Origin: Lepidodermella squamata
Taxonomy: Eukaryota; Animalia; Gastrotricha
Direction: 5' to 3'
DNA length: 64,000 nt
NCBI GenBank assembly: GCA_047495785.1
Contig: JBLDXI010000029.1
Coordinates: forward strand, 868,001 to 932,000
Part shown: positions 26,646 through 40,200 of the stretch, piece after piece
Position numbering within the stretch: the stretch's first letter is position 1
How the letters are laid out: every line of letters starts with the position of its first letter
Notes under the pieces: model-generated
What the model was told of the DNA's origin: nothing
Database searches by the model: none
The model's input: the letters and a program-made list of their open reading frames with translations, nothing else
Made by a program: the position numbers and the translations under genes

Positions 26646-27951
26646 TAGCAAATCGCTAAAAATCCTAAAAAAAACGAAAGATCCCGAAAAGTAACATCAT
26701 GCGAATGATCGAAAATTAATTCTGCGGTAAAATTTGATCTTAAAACAACTATTTTGACGTTTCAAAACACTCAAGAACCAGAATATCTTCAAGCAGAACC
26801 AAATATTTGCCCGGTGTGGAACCAAAATTAAGTGTAGCAGTTGAACCAAAGGGTTTTGAGTATCTCTTATTTTCAAATTATTTTTAGATCGCGTTCTGGA
26901 ACCAGGCTTTACACAAAAAATAACGGAGAATTTCAACGTTTGGACTTTTTTCAATTAATCGGGATATTCCAGAAAACTAAGATTTAAGGCAGTTTTAGTT
27001 AAGTATTTTAAATGGGGTTCTACTTCCGGTCAAATTTGGCTCCGCAACAGGCAATTTTGGTTTCGCCCTTAAAAAATGCTCCCTTGGATTCCCAAATGTT
27101 TTGGGCCGAATTCACGGTACCAACTGCCTCTACCCTAAGTTCTATGACATTTTATCGATAAATGATTCCTAATTTCCAATCTTGACTAATAATTTTCGCA
27201 AGATGAATAATTCTTTTCAAAGAAGTTCAATCTTTGATATTTTTTCAACTTATCATCTGTATCCTCTCTCCCCGAGAGTGGAATTGAGAACGAAAAATCT
27301 GTATAAATAACCTCGCGATCGATTCCGGTGAATTTCACTTTGGTAAAATTAAACCTCTTCCCCAAACTTGGGAGAGAAAACCTGAAAAAATGAACGCAAT
27401 TTTTCTAACGAGACAAAATTTATTATCAATTATATTTGTTAATACAAAGGCGCATGAATATGCACATTGACACAGAACTAGCGATTAAGAAAAAGAGCGC
27501 CATCCGACCTTCGAATCACCGACAAGAAATGAGCCCGAGACACAAGTTCAAAGTAACACACGAGTTGAAAATGACTGAAGATGAATGATGTTTACTGTCG
27601 TATAAAAACCGAAAAAATTGTGTTGTTTTGCATTGTTGGTTAGCCATAGCAATAATAACGACAATACAATAATAATATTAATAATTATAATAATAATAAC
27701 GCAGCAAGTTTCGAATTTTTCTGCGCAGTCGCAGCAAGAAAATGATGTGTTTTTCTAACATTTTGTCTTTCATTCTGTAACTACGCTTCATCTAATGAGC
27801 CTATGAATTCGATGAATTCCCGGGATTTGTATTGGAGTTTTGAGCACTTCTCACATGTGTTTTTTAAAAACAGTAGCAAATAATGGCTAAATCGCTATTT
27901 TATACGGAAAAATTACGAGAATCAAAAAATTATTAAGGAGGAATTTTTTAT

Positions 27952-30140
27952 TCACGCTCCTGGCGTGTCCACTGCAGGCGCTGCTGCATGGCTCTCGCCG
28001 TTGCCATTTGCCGCGCCATTGCCAGCCACTGTTTCAGTTGCCGCAGCCGTGGCCTCGTTCGACTTCGCCGACAGCGGCGATCGGGCGTCGCGGGCCGGGC
28101 TTTTCGGCGGCGCATTCGCAGCACCGTCGCCATCGGCACCGCTCGGTGCGATTTTCGCGCGTTTCGCGTAGTTCTGCGAGTCCTTGCGCCCGTCGCCTTC
28201 GTCCTCCGAGTCCGAATACTCGCCGGGGTGGGCGACGCGCTTGTCCGACGCGCGGATTGAAATGCGCTTGTCAGGGTGCGAGTCGGCCTCAGCGTCGTCC
28301 AGCGCCTTGTCCGTCTCTTCAATGGCCATCGCGTCGTCGGGAATCGGCTGCATCTGCACACCTGGGGCGTGCGGAATCTGGCGCAAGTTCTCCAACAGCT
28401 TCTCCTTCACCTAAAATTAAGAAAAATTAAGATTTAAAGAGCTTAAGAAACAGATGTGTTACCTTGTCCAAGTAGTCGTTCGTGTTCAGGTTGGTCATGT
28501 TCGACGGCGACAGGTGAAGTCTGAAGTCAGGCGCGTAGTACTCGAAATAGTCGTTGTAAGGCAACTCGTTCGGAATCTCCGTGCCCAGGGCAATCGCCGT
28601 CTCGTAGGCCCAGCAACGCGCCACATTTCGAATCGTGTAGCCACCACCGCCGAGCAGTAGCAGCGGCAAATCGAACGAACGAATGAATTCTACGCACTTG
28701 CCGTGGCCCTTCAGCGTCAGGTTGAAACAGCCGAGACGGTCGCCGGTCAGCGAATCGGCACCGCACTGCAACACGATGGCTTCGGGGCGGTATGAGGCGA
28801 TGACTGAGCTCATAACTGGCTTGAAAATGGACTCGTACGACTCGTCATCAATTCCATCGCGGAGGGGGAAATTCAAAGCATAGTACTTTCCTGGTAAAAA
28901 AAATATTCAATTTACAATATGAAATCAATTAAAAATTTAATATTCAAATTATGAAAAATATCAAAATTTGAAATTAGAATTTACCTTTTCCAGCGCCGAT
29001 ATCCTTGTGGTCACCGGTTCCGGGGAAATACTCGCCAAATTTGTGGAATGAAGCCGTCATAACTCGATCAGTTGTGTAGAAAGCCTCCTCGACACCATCG
29101 CCGTGGTGAATATCAATATCAATGTAGAGCACACGCTGGTGGTACTTGAGCAGTTCAAGAATCGCGAGAACAATATCATTGACGTAGCAGAAACCGGAAG
29201 CTTCGGATTTTTTGGCGTGGTGAAGACCGCCGGCCCAGTTGACGGCGATGTCCGTGGCACGTTTGTTCAGTTTAATCGCACCGCCAACACTGCCACCGGC
29301 TGACAGTTGGCAGAATTCGAATAGACCGTCGAAAACTGGACAATCCTCGCCAACATTGACTACAAAAAATCGAAATTTAAAGAAAATATTAGGATAATCC
29401 TAACCATTATTTTGTAATGACCATTTCAAAATAACCATTTTAGAGTAACCATTTTATTTATGGTTTAAGTAGCCACCCTCAACCCACCCCCAAATTTCTA
29501 GTTTTTGACTATTTTTGAGCTTTTGAGGTCCATTTTTACCCCATTTCGCGACTACCCACCCCCAATTTCAAACGGCTAGATAAACCCTTGTTTGGAATTG
29601 AATCATTTAAACATTCCGAGCAAAAATAAAAATTCCACCCCTTCCGATTGTTGGTCAGCTGAGCAAATACTCATTCCCTTGAAGTTCGAAAAGATCGAAA
29701 TATTTCTATTCAACTGTTGTGGTTTAGTGTAGTTGGGAATTCAATGAAGCTATACTTACATCGCTGCATGTGACGATTGAATTCAGCCATGTTATCAGGA
29801 CGAACCCCCTTCAGAAACTTGATGTACTCATCGCTGTGAAATTTCGTCATTTCCTCCATAACAGCCTTGTGAGGACGCTATTGGAAAAAATATCACCGTA
29901 AATCTCAAAGGTCAACAATTTAAAAGACTCACGTAAACTTCCATCTTGCGGTACAGGCCATAGTTCAAAATCAAATTGTGAGCCATGCGTATACGATGGG
30001 GCTTCATCGGATGGCTTTGGCCATAGTAATAGTTCCCAATATCGGCTGTTATGAAATTGCGTTTAATTCCGAAGAAACTTCGAAAAAATCAACTTACGAT
30101 CAAAGTAGTAGCTGACTTTTTTATTCGCGCGGGAAGTCAT
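27952..30140 (-). CDS. HDAC1: Class I histone deacetylase (HDAC1/2, Rpd3)
   Basis: [57 protein letters not shown] and [14 protein letters not shown]. Six exons. Confidence 0.95.
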
Positions 30141-30250
30141 GTTTTCAAAACAATAATCAAAATCTAAATACAAATTTCTAAATTTAGCGACATTTATTTG
30201 TTTCTGAACTCTGCGAGATGATAGAAAATGTTAAAAAAACAGAAACAACA

Positions 30251-31495
30251 TTAAATGCGACGACGCTTTCTCGCACTAGGACCGTTTTGTTGACTGCTCA
30301 CCGAGATAGAACTGGGACTATCATTTGATAAACTAGCGGAGGATGATGATTTAATAGATGGTAAAGACGCGAAAAATTCGAAACGATTGTTATTCAGAAA
30401 AACTAAAATAGCGTTACATATTTCAACGACAGCCTCGCGATTTTCGGCGTTTTGAAGCCGGGCGAGCAGGTCGGGTAGTCGGACGAACAGCCGCAGCAAG
30501 TGCCACGCGCCGTAAACTTGAGACGGGCTCTTTTTGCCGACAATTTCAGAGTATTGCGCGGTTTCGCGGCTATTCCGGTTTACATAAAGCAACAAATCAC
30601 TGCACATAACGTCGAAAAGCGAGGCGATCGAATCGGCCACGCTTTTCACCTCGTCCTGTGGTAGGTGGCTATGAAGCGCTGCGAACCGGTTTAAAACTTC
30701 GGAGACATTTGGTGATGCGGGGAGATCGTGCAAATTGCCGTCCCTTACCACTTGCAACCAGTCGATATCGAGTAGATTTTTCAAATTTTGAGGCAGCCTC
30801 AGGCACACCTGAATTTCAGGTTGCGGTGTTACTTCAGTCGGCGAAATTTCATCCTTGACAGTCAAGCATCGGTCCGGCGTGGTTCGAGGCGTTAAATCTG
30901 TTACCGAACCCTTCGCAGGCCCGATTGATGGAGTTTCGCAAACAGTTAGATTCATATTACTCTCAGATTGCTGATCAATATCAGTATTATGATCAGCCAG
31001 AAATTTTTCCAGGGCAGAAATGTCGCAAATCAGCGAGCGTCTCGCTAGTTTTTCAGGCCCATATGGGTAGTCCGAGTATTCGCAATAGAGAGGCGGAAGT
31101 TCGAGACACGTCGCTAGGGCACCTTCCAACATTTCATTCCTCTGCCGAAGCGAACACTTCGAACTGATAATTTGCCGTATAGATTTTTTTAGGAAGTCAT
31201 TCTCCGGACTTCGTTTTAGAAGGAAACCCTCTGGCACCACCCTGTCCCATTTAGACGACCACCTTAAGAAGTGGACGGTGTACTCCGGCCAGTTTCGTTT
31301 CATCGCGTCAGTTCCCATTGATCGGTCCAGAATTTGGGCCTCGTAAAGCACGTGGGCTTTTTGGCCATCTGGTTCGAAGCAGTAGACTGATTCTGATTCT
31401 TCGAATCGCCATCCGACAAAATTTCTGACAGGGCGCTTCTGGCGAAGAGTCAGGCCCTCGCTGGTTGTTGGCGGCGGCGATTTCACTTGAGCCAT
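30251..31495 (-). CDS. MSL3: Male-specific lethal 3 homolog (chromo-barrel + MRG domain)
   Basis: VYCFEPDGQKAHVLYEAQI matches the MSL3-type chromo barrel. PSQVYGAWHLLRLFVRLP is the MRG motif. Intronless. Confidence 0.85.
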   Translation of the reverse strand: MAQVKSPPPTTSEGLTLRQKRPVRNFVGWRFEESESVYCFEPDGQKAHVLYEAQILDRSMGTDAMKRNWPEYTVHFLRWSSKWDRVVPEGFLLKRSPENDFLKKSIRQIISSKCSLRQRNEMLEGALATCLELPPLYCEYSDYPYGPEKLARRSLICDISALEKFLADHNTDIDQQSESNMNLTVCETPSIGPAKGSVTDLTPRTTPDRCLTVKDEISPTEVTPQPEIQVCLRLPQNLKNLLDIDWLQVVRDGNLHDLPASPNVSEVLNRFAALHSHLPQDEVKSVADSIASLFDVMCSDLLLYVNRNSRETAQYSEIVGKKSPSQVYGAWHLLRLFVRLPDLLARLQNAENREAVVEICNAILVFLNNNRFEFFASLPSIKSSSSASLSNDSPSSISVSSQQNGPSARKRRRI

Positions 31496-32167
31496 GCCAG
31501 CGACTCGGTGAAGGGCGAAGTCGGTCAGCGAATTGTCATCTTTTCATAAAAGTCATCTAAAAAATATGAATTAAAATTTAAGTACAAATCAATGAAAAGT
31601 GTATCTTGATTTTCAATAACGGGATTGGATTTCTCCTCAATTTTGGTGCTTAAATTAAAGGAATTTGGATCGACAATAAATAAGTGAAATTCCACCTTAA
31701 TGATTTTTCTCGAATTATTACGATTGGTATTCATCGAAATATTTCTTTGCACCAAAATTTCTTCATGTTGATCGTACAGGATTGAGGAATAAAATATCAG
31801 CTAATTGTTTTGATGAGCACTTTTAAATTGAAAATTGCGTGATATTTTTTCTGCAGTACATTTTGCAAGAAAATAAGCCACTGAAAGCAGATAACATTTA
31901 TTGCTCAGATCGTGTCATAAAATTCACATGCTTTGCATTATCACACGACAATGGTCTATTTGTGCAGCTAAGAAAGAATGAACATAATAGGACCTCGTCT
32001 AAAAGACCGAAATGCAGAGTTTATATAACTGAAACGCACCGAAAAAGCATGCAAAAAGATTCCACCGGTTACAAGTCTTCAAATAAGAGATAGTAGTTAC
32101 GATTAATTGTGTTAGGTTAAATGTGTTCTCTGATTTAATCAGAACTAATTGATCAATTGTTCGAGAT

Positions 32168-33550
<1,383 letters not shown>

Positions 33551-34798
33551 TCACCGACTCTAGAAATACGGCAAGAAATTTTATGAAGATGGAAATATCA
33601 AAGGTTCAAGAATGAAGATAGCAAGTATCTAAACTGGCCAAGCTTCACTGTTACTATGCTATTGCAAGTATTAAATCCTCCTCACAGCTTAGTTAAGATA
33701 AAAACTTCATCGTCAAACAACGCATGACGGAGGAGAGACATGGTTATTCATTGGCAGTGCGTCTTTATCCTATAAAGTAATGATACCTATCGAAGCACTC
33801 AGTTGCCTGGTAAACAATACATGACACGAAATGAACTGGAATCTAATAGCTTAATTTCCAAACGAGTTTTTTCGAGGGCTAGCGGCATTGGGGGGATTCA
33901 AGATTCAAGAGGGCTAATCGATAGGCTGGAAAAGGTTCAGCCTTCAGACTTATTGGAAAATTCCATCAACAGTAAAATGGAGCAGTGAAATCTAGTGGTG
34001 GTAGATATGTGTAGGTTGATGATAAACAAATATCCACGACTATAGAAGCACCGCTTTACTTATTGGATCCATAAAAAATCAAGAAAGACCTTATTCGGTT
34101 TCCCAAAACTGAAGATTGTCCAAGCTCGAAACAAGCTTCCACGAAGCAATGATGAAGTTTCCTAAAACTGAAACTAAGCACCTACCTTTATCGGGCTCAA
34201 TAAAAAGCTTCTTAAAATGCCAAAATAAGAAATGCGGTGACAGTGGCGGGAATATATCTACGCAGCGCCGCAGATTCATTCCGCGGGAGAGGAAACAACA
34301 CACAACTTGGGCGCTACAAAAGATGCGCCAACTTTTTCGAAAATTTTCTCAGTTTTACAAATTTTCAGAATATTGACTAGCAAAAATTTTTAAGCATATT
34401 TTAACAAATGTGTTAATTCAAGTCATCAACCCACGTTTAATAATGGCGCGAACTGAGCCGGCCGCATGGCAATCGCGAGGGCCCTTTGAAGCATGCCGGC
34501 TTCTGGGATTATATCGCAATCCGACTGTGGTAATCCGGTGAGCTCATTTGAGCGGCTAGCTACCTCCTTCTTGGTGACTTGTTTGTATTCTTGGTTGCAC
34601 AATTTCTCCCATATTTCCAAGTGTACCTAGGTCCGCCATGTTTTACCTCTTGGTGATTGTTAATTTAACGTTAAGTGTTAGTGAGTGTGGATGTTGGTTG
34701 ATTTTTAGGCACTGCCTTCAATCGATATCTATTTGTGATATTTATCCGGTTTCATTGTCATTTGATTATTGTCCATTCTTCCTAAATAGGTGCTTAAA

Positions 34799-37084
34799 AT
34801 GTATGCATACAATGGCGCCAACGCAGCGGATCACCATGAACCTTCTTCTGACGTTGAATCATCTGACGCGTTTGGTGAAGATGACTTCAGCGAGGCCAGT
34901 GATTACGACGAAGACAAGCTGAACCGAGAGCAACGTCGAAAAGAATTTGACCAATTATGTCGCCAGAATCGTTTCGGCGAAGCACCATCGATTTCAAGTG
35001 ATGATTCTGACTCTGATGATTCATTCGACTGTGATAATCCAGACAACAAAAGTAGATTCGTTGTATCTGATGGCAGTGAAGAAAAGCCAACACGGAACAA
35101 TCATGTGAACAACGGCGAGCGTTTTTTAAGCTATCACCCTGGCGCCGAAGAGGTGGAATTCATCAACCCTCAACAACATCAAGAAATCTCAACCTTTCCG
35201 AACGACAAGTCCTTATCTCTTTCTCTCAGTCGCATTCCGAACCCGAAGTTTCAGCCAGAGGAGAAGATCATCGAAACCAAGCGATGCGACAGTGACCCTT
35301 ACTTGTCGGCGAGGAAAGGTAGCCGGCCTACATCTGATAACCAAAGTCCAGCCGCTGTGATGGAGCAAGCGCAAGTTGCTGATGTTACTGGCTTGAATAT
35401 GCTGTGTCAGCAGCAGCGCCAATGGCTTGATGAGCTGCGTGCTGAATTATTTCGTTCAAAGGAAGAATTTCAACGCGAAACGCGTCTTCTAACTCACAAG
35501 TTGATGCTGAGCGAAGGCGAGAAGCGGCAATTCGACGAGCAGAATCGTGCTCTACGCCAGCGGTTATCTGATGAGCAAATGAAGATGGCATCTCTCGAGC
35601 AACAACTGCGCGAAGAAGCTCGTCATTCTCAACGTCTGTCAGAAGAGAAAATTCAATGCGAAAGAGACGCAATAGCTGCTCGTGAAGAAGCTAATTCCCT
35701 TCAAGATCAGCTGATCAGCCTAACAAGAACTAGTGGGTTGTATCAAGAACGCAATGCTATGGCCGAAAAATGGGCTTCCGAGCGCTCATCTTTGCTAAAT
35801 CAAGTTGAAAATCTTCGTCTACAGCTGTCTGAACGTCAGGGCTATGTTGAAAGGGCTGAAGAATCAATCCGTCAACTAGAAGAGCGTTATCGCCAAGCAC
35901 TGAATGATAATGATCAGTTGAATGCTGACCGTCGCCGCGCTGAGTTGGAACGAGATCGCCTGCAGCGTGATTTGGAGCTCGCTCACACTGAAGTGCGTCT
36001 CACTGTTAATGGTAACGTCGACTCGGCTAAAACTTCAACGCCGCGTATTGCGTCTGATATGATTAGTTTCGACGCCTCTCCACTTGTTGATTCCACTCCT
36101 CGTTTTCTCGGCAGTGAAAATATGTTTAAAATCGAGCTTTCAAAAGCCTTGGCTGCTAATCGGGACAATATAGAAAAGATCCGGCAACTAGAAGCCCAAA
36201 TCGCTGAAAATTCTCGTCCAAAAGAAAATTTCCATGCAGATTATGAAGAAATTGCGAAAGATCGGGATGATTTGAAGGTGAAGTTATCGGAAATTATCGA
36301 AGAAAATCGGCGTCTATCAGCGAAACTGCGCGATTTCGTCGCTGAAGCTGATCGAGAAAAACAGGCAGCGATCGAAAGCTGTCGAAACGCATGTTTGCGT
36401 CTTCACGACGATGCTAAGAAGAACCTGGTCGAAGTTCATCGCCGTGAAATCGAAGAGCTGCAGAAGAAGCATGAAGTCGCGATTAATCAGCTGCTCGTAG
36501 AAATGCGAGGGTTATCTGCTCAAGTTGACGATGCAAAAGCCAGCTATCTACAAGCCTGTTCTGAGAAAGGCGAAGCTGAAGAAGCGATTCGACGTGAATA
36601 CGATGCAAAGCTGAGCGAATTACGTTCTTTGTTAGCCTGTGAGACTTCGGGCCTTCAAGAAAAATTGCTCATGAAAGAAAAACAGCTCGAAGCAACTCGT
36701 CTGAACCATCAAAAATCGTTGAAAATCGCCATGGGTCAAATTCATTCTTCAATCGAAAACACCGCTACGAATTTCCGTAATCAAATCTCGTTGATTTCAG
36801 CAAAATTAGCCGCGTTATATGGACGATTTGATACATTAAGCGTGACTTTCAATCGACTAAGTTTTCACTTGTTGACCAGTAAGCAAAATCAGAAAGACGA
36901 AACGTTGGTTCCTCAAGCTGTCGTTCAATTGAGAGGACTATTCCTTGAAACTGCTCAACGAATGCGGGAGGTCTATTTAGCTCATTCTAAGGCGGCTGAT
37001 GAGCGAAACCGGTTTCTATTAGCTGCCGTCGCGAAATCTCAACAGAAGCGTGTTTTATCCTCTCGGAACGAGCAATCTCACTAA
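34799..37084 (+). CDS. CEP152: CEP152/Asterless-like centrosomal coiled-coil protein
   Basis: Long coiled coil. EKQAAIESCRNACLRLH and KASYLQACSEK resemble conserved CEP152 motifs. Confidence 0.65.
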   Translation: MYAYNGANAADHHEPSSDVESSDAFGEDDFSEASDYDEDKLNREQRRKEFDQLCRQNRFGEAPSISSDDSDSDDSFDCDNPDNKSRFVVSDGSEEKPTRNNHVNNGERFLSYHPGAEEVEFINPQQHQEISTFPNDKSLSLSLSRIPNPKFQPEEKIIETKRCDSDPYLSARKGSRPTSDNQSPAAVMEQAQVADVTGLNMLCQQQRQWLDELRAELFRSKEEFQRETRLLTHKLMLSEGEKRQFDEQNRALRQRLSDEQMKMASLEQQLREEARHSQRLSEEKIQCERDAIAAREEANSLQDQLISLTRTSGLYQERNAMAEKWASERSSLLNQVENLRLQLSERQGYVERAEESIRQLEERYRQALNDNDQLNADRRRAELERDRLQRDLELAHTEVRLTVNGNVDSAKTSTPRIASDMISFDASPLVDSTPRFLGSENMFKIELSKALAANRDNIEKIRQLEAQIAENSRPKENFHADYEEIAKDRDDLKVKLSEIIEENRRLSAKLRDFVAEADREKQAAIESCRNACLRLHDDAKKNLVEVHRREIEELQKKHEVAINQLLVEMRGLSAQVDDAKASYLQACSEKGEAEEAIRREYDAKLSELRSLLACETSGLQEKLLMKEKQLEATRLNHQKSLKIAMGQIHSSIENTATNFRNQISLISAKLAALYGRFDTLSVTFNRLSFHLLTSKQNQKDETLVPQAVVQLRGLFLETAQRMREVYLAHSKAADERNRFLLAAVAKSQQKRVLSSRNEQSH

Positions 37085-37207
37085 TTTTCTACCTCACTCA
37101 GTTCTTTTGCACGACTCGTTTTCTAGACTTCTTGCATCTCATTCCACCTTAATTTTGTTTTGGATTATTAAATGACCGATTGATAATTTATTCGTGTTTT
37201 TTCTAGA

Positions 37208-40200
37208 ATGACTTCTTTATCATCGCAGTTAAAACGGTTAGCCGTGCCTTTTGCGTCGGCTTTTGCAGTTGATGCCGACAAAAGGCGGGCTTCTTTCTTG
37301 TTCGAACCTCAAGAAGCGGCTAATATCGACCGAACAACCTTCCACGCAATTGGGTTGAACGGTCTCGAAGAGCTGAAACAACTCGACCCTGAGTTTTCCG
37401 CCTATGAATCCACGCTATTCGGCGAAGAATCCGTTTCATTCGAACGTCTAGTCCAGTCAAAAGCAGTCAATGAAGAATTGGATCGGCAGATCGCGTCTTT
37501 CCTCTTGCGGCTATCCCCTCACTTTCAGCTGAAGGCAGCGTGGAAAGCGCTGGAATGGCTGATCTATCGCTACCATATCCATCAGATGAACATCGATGAC
37601 CTGTTGATGTGTGTTTGGCCTTACCATGCCACGAATATTTTCGTCCGAGTGGTTCAATTGATCGATGTCAGCGCTGCGTCATCGCGGTGGCACTGGTTGA
37701 AGCCGATTCAGAAACCTGGCGTTGTCCTCGATCGAGTGACTGTGCTGAACCACGCAGCGGCTGATCCTAGCTTTCTGAGCTTCATTTGCATGGCGGCTAA
37801 AAACACTATCAAGGTTAGTAATACTTACACAAATTGAAAACTCGGGTTTTTAGTTAATTTCAAACAAATTTCGAAAGCTTCAATTCGGATCCCCAAAATT
37901 GATTTTTTTTAATTGATCGCGTTCACTACAACTAAACTGGGCTATATAAATGCACCAGTTTGGGTCTATCGAACGCAAAAGCAAGGCTTTCTTAGCCAGT
38001 AGACCAACAAAATGCAATTTGATGGTTTCTGATAATAGTCAGCTACAAATGCCCATTCTTTTTTTACCAGCTCTACACAAGTTCTGAGAGAGCTTCAAAT
38101 GCCATGCTTCACCCTATGATGTCATTCTACGCATCGACTGTCGCCGGCGCAATCGCTCGAGTCGATAAGCCATCCGAGCAGCTGGTCGCCACAGTTTTTC
38201 CATATTTATCGAAATCGCTCAAATCAAAAGTGACCGAGTACAAAATGAGCGGCTATATGATTGCTTCTCAACTCGTGTTGAAAGTCAAATTAAAGGCCGA
38301 TATTGCCGACGAGTTGGTCTTCAAAATCCTGAAAGGCTACGACGCCCACACCGACCCGCTTCAATCACTCCTTTGCACGATTTCAATCATTTTCTCGGCC
38401 CAAAATATCTCGGGCTTGAAAGCGAAAACTTGGTCGTTGCTGTTGAAACTCGAAAATTTGTCAGTCGGACTCGCAGAAATGCAGCGAACTGGCGTCTCCT
38501 GCGACAATTTCATCGCAACCATTGCTACAGCTGTATTCCGACGAGTTTTCGCCGCGAAATCACTCGCCGAGTCGATGGACACCGACGATTTGGGAATTGG
38601 CGATGAAGACGAGGACGGGGAAGATAACAAGTGGCTCCTGGGCCTCCTCGCCGATTTATTCGTCGACTCTGAGCTGATTGTTGACGACGCTCTGGCTTCG
38701 GCTTTAATCACCAGCCTCCTTAATTCATTCATTCCAGTCTATCTTGAAGATCACCAGTCGAAAAAGATGCTGGATTTGTTCAAAGACGTCGTTTCTTACG
38801 TTTCGAAAAGGTAATTTTAAGGAGGATTTCTGTTAGTCTTTAAGCCCAAATTCATCCATCGTTTATTATGTTCAGTAAATGAACGATCAGAGACGGGCTG
38901 AACATAAAATTCCAGACCGAGACGGTCGCTGATTTTTCTTTAAAAAATGAACTCATCAGCATCACCCATCTTGGTTACATCCACCTTATTTTTCAGACAT
39001 CCAGCCGCTGTTGATCGCGTTTTCAAAGGCGCTTATTCTGAACACGCTGACGATGAACCGAAACTGGAGGCTGTCCGTAAATTCGTTAGTTTCGCGACTA
39101 AAATCGGCGCCGATGCCTCTTCGACCAAATACGACATCATCGGCGAGGCCGGCACGAGTATTTTCGTAGCCCTAAACAGCGCTAACCACGAAATCCGACG
39201 TCTTGCTGTCAAGAAATTGCGAGAAGACTCCGAGCTCGACGACGAATTCGTGACTAAAGCACTTCAAGAACGCCTTGTCGATGAAGACAGCTCGGTTATA
39301 CTGGAAGCGATCGCCTCCTTAAAGTCTAAATGGCAGAGTTTAGACGCCTCTGAAATGTTGGCGCCCATTCAATCAGTTTTGTTCGAGAAGGCTCAATTCT
39401 ACCCTGTTGAAACGTGAGTAATTTTCGCGGTTTTTTTATTTTTTCATTATCAATGATGGTGGAATTACCGTTCGATCAAACATGATACAACTTCTTCGGC
39501 TGCTTATGAAGAATTACTGAGATATTTTACAAAAATTTAATTTAATCACTTCGTTATGAAATCGGTCCTAATTTTGATTGTTTAATCCAGGCGTAATGCG
39601 GTCTCATCGTTTTTGCTCTCTTCAACGTGGAAATTCGAAAATCTGGACGATTATTCGCGCTTGTATTGGCTGGTCGCTCCTCTCTTCTTTCACAGCAAAA
39701 AATCCGAGGAATTGGAGAAATTTTCAAAGCGCCATCTCAAGTTGAAACTTCCCGATACCTTCGACGATTTACCCGGTCTGTGTCACTTGGATCGATATTC
39801 TGCAAAATCGGTGAGTGAAACTTGAATTATTAAGGTGGAATTTCTAACTAAACTTTTCAGATTGATTCGCTCTCTCGTCGGCAACTCGCGTTTTGCGCTG
39901 CTGTTCTCGCTTCGAAGATCACTGAAAGCAAGAAGAAAGTCGAGACTGCCGCCATCAATCACATGATCGACATTTTGACCCGTCTCGTCGCCCTGCCGAG
40001 TTTTGTCGGTTCTTTCAAAGACGTTGAAGAATTGGCTGATGTTGAAGAGTTGCCATTTTCGACCATTGTCAATCGAATCCTCGACCCGTTCTTCCAAGAA
40101 GATAAAGGCCGGCGATTCGACTACTACGGCCTGCTGGCAGCTCAAATATTCCGCCGAATTTTCGAGACTAGCGCGGTATTCGTGGCGATTTTCGATCAAG

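Noticed and set aside
29400-29645. AACCATT and CCACCCCC mini-repeats in an HDAC1 intron (G-rich on the transcript)
   Set aside because: The G-runs are widely spaced. This is probably repeat debris and supports no specific function.
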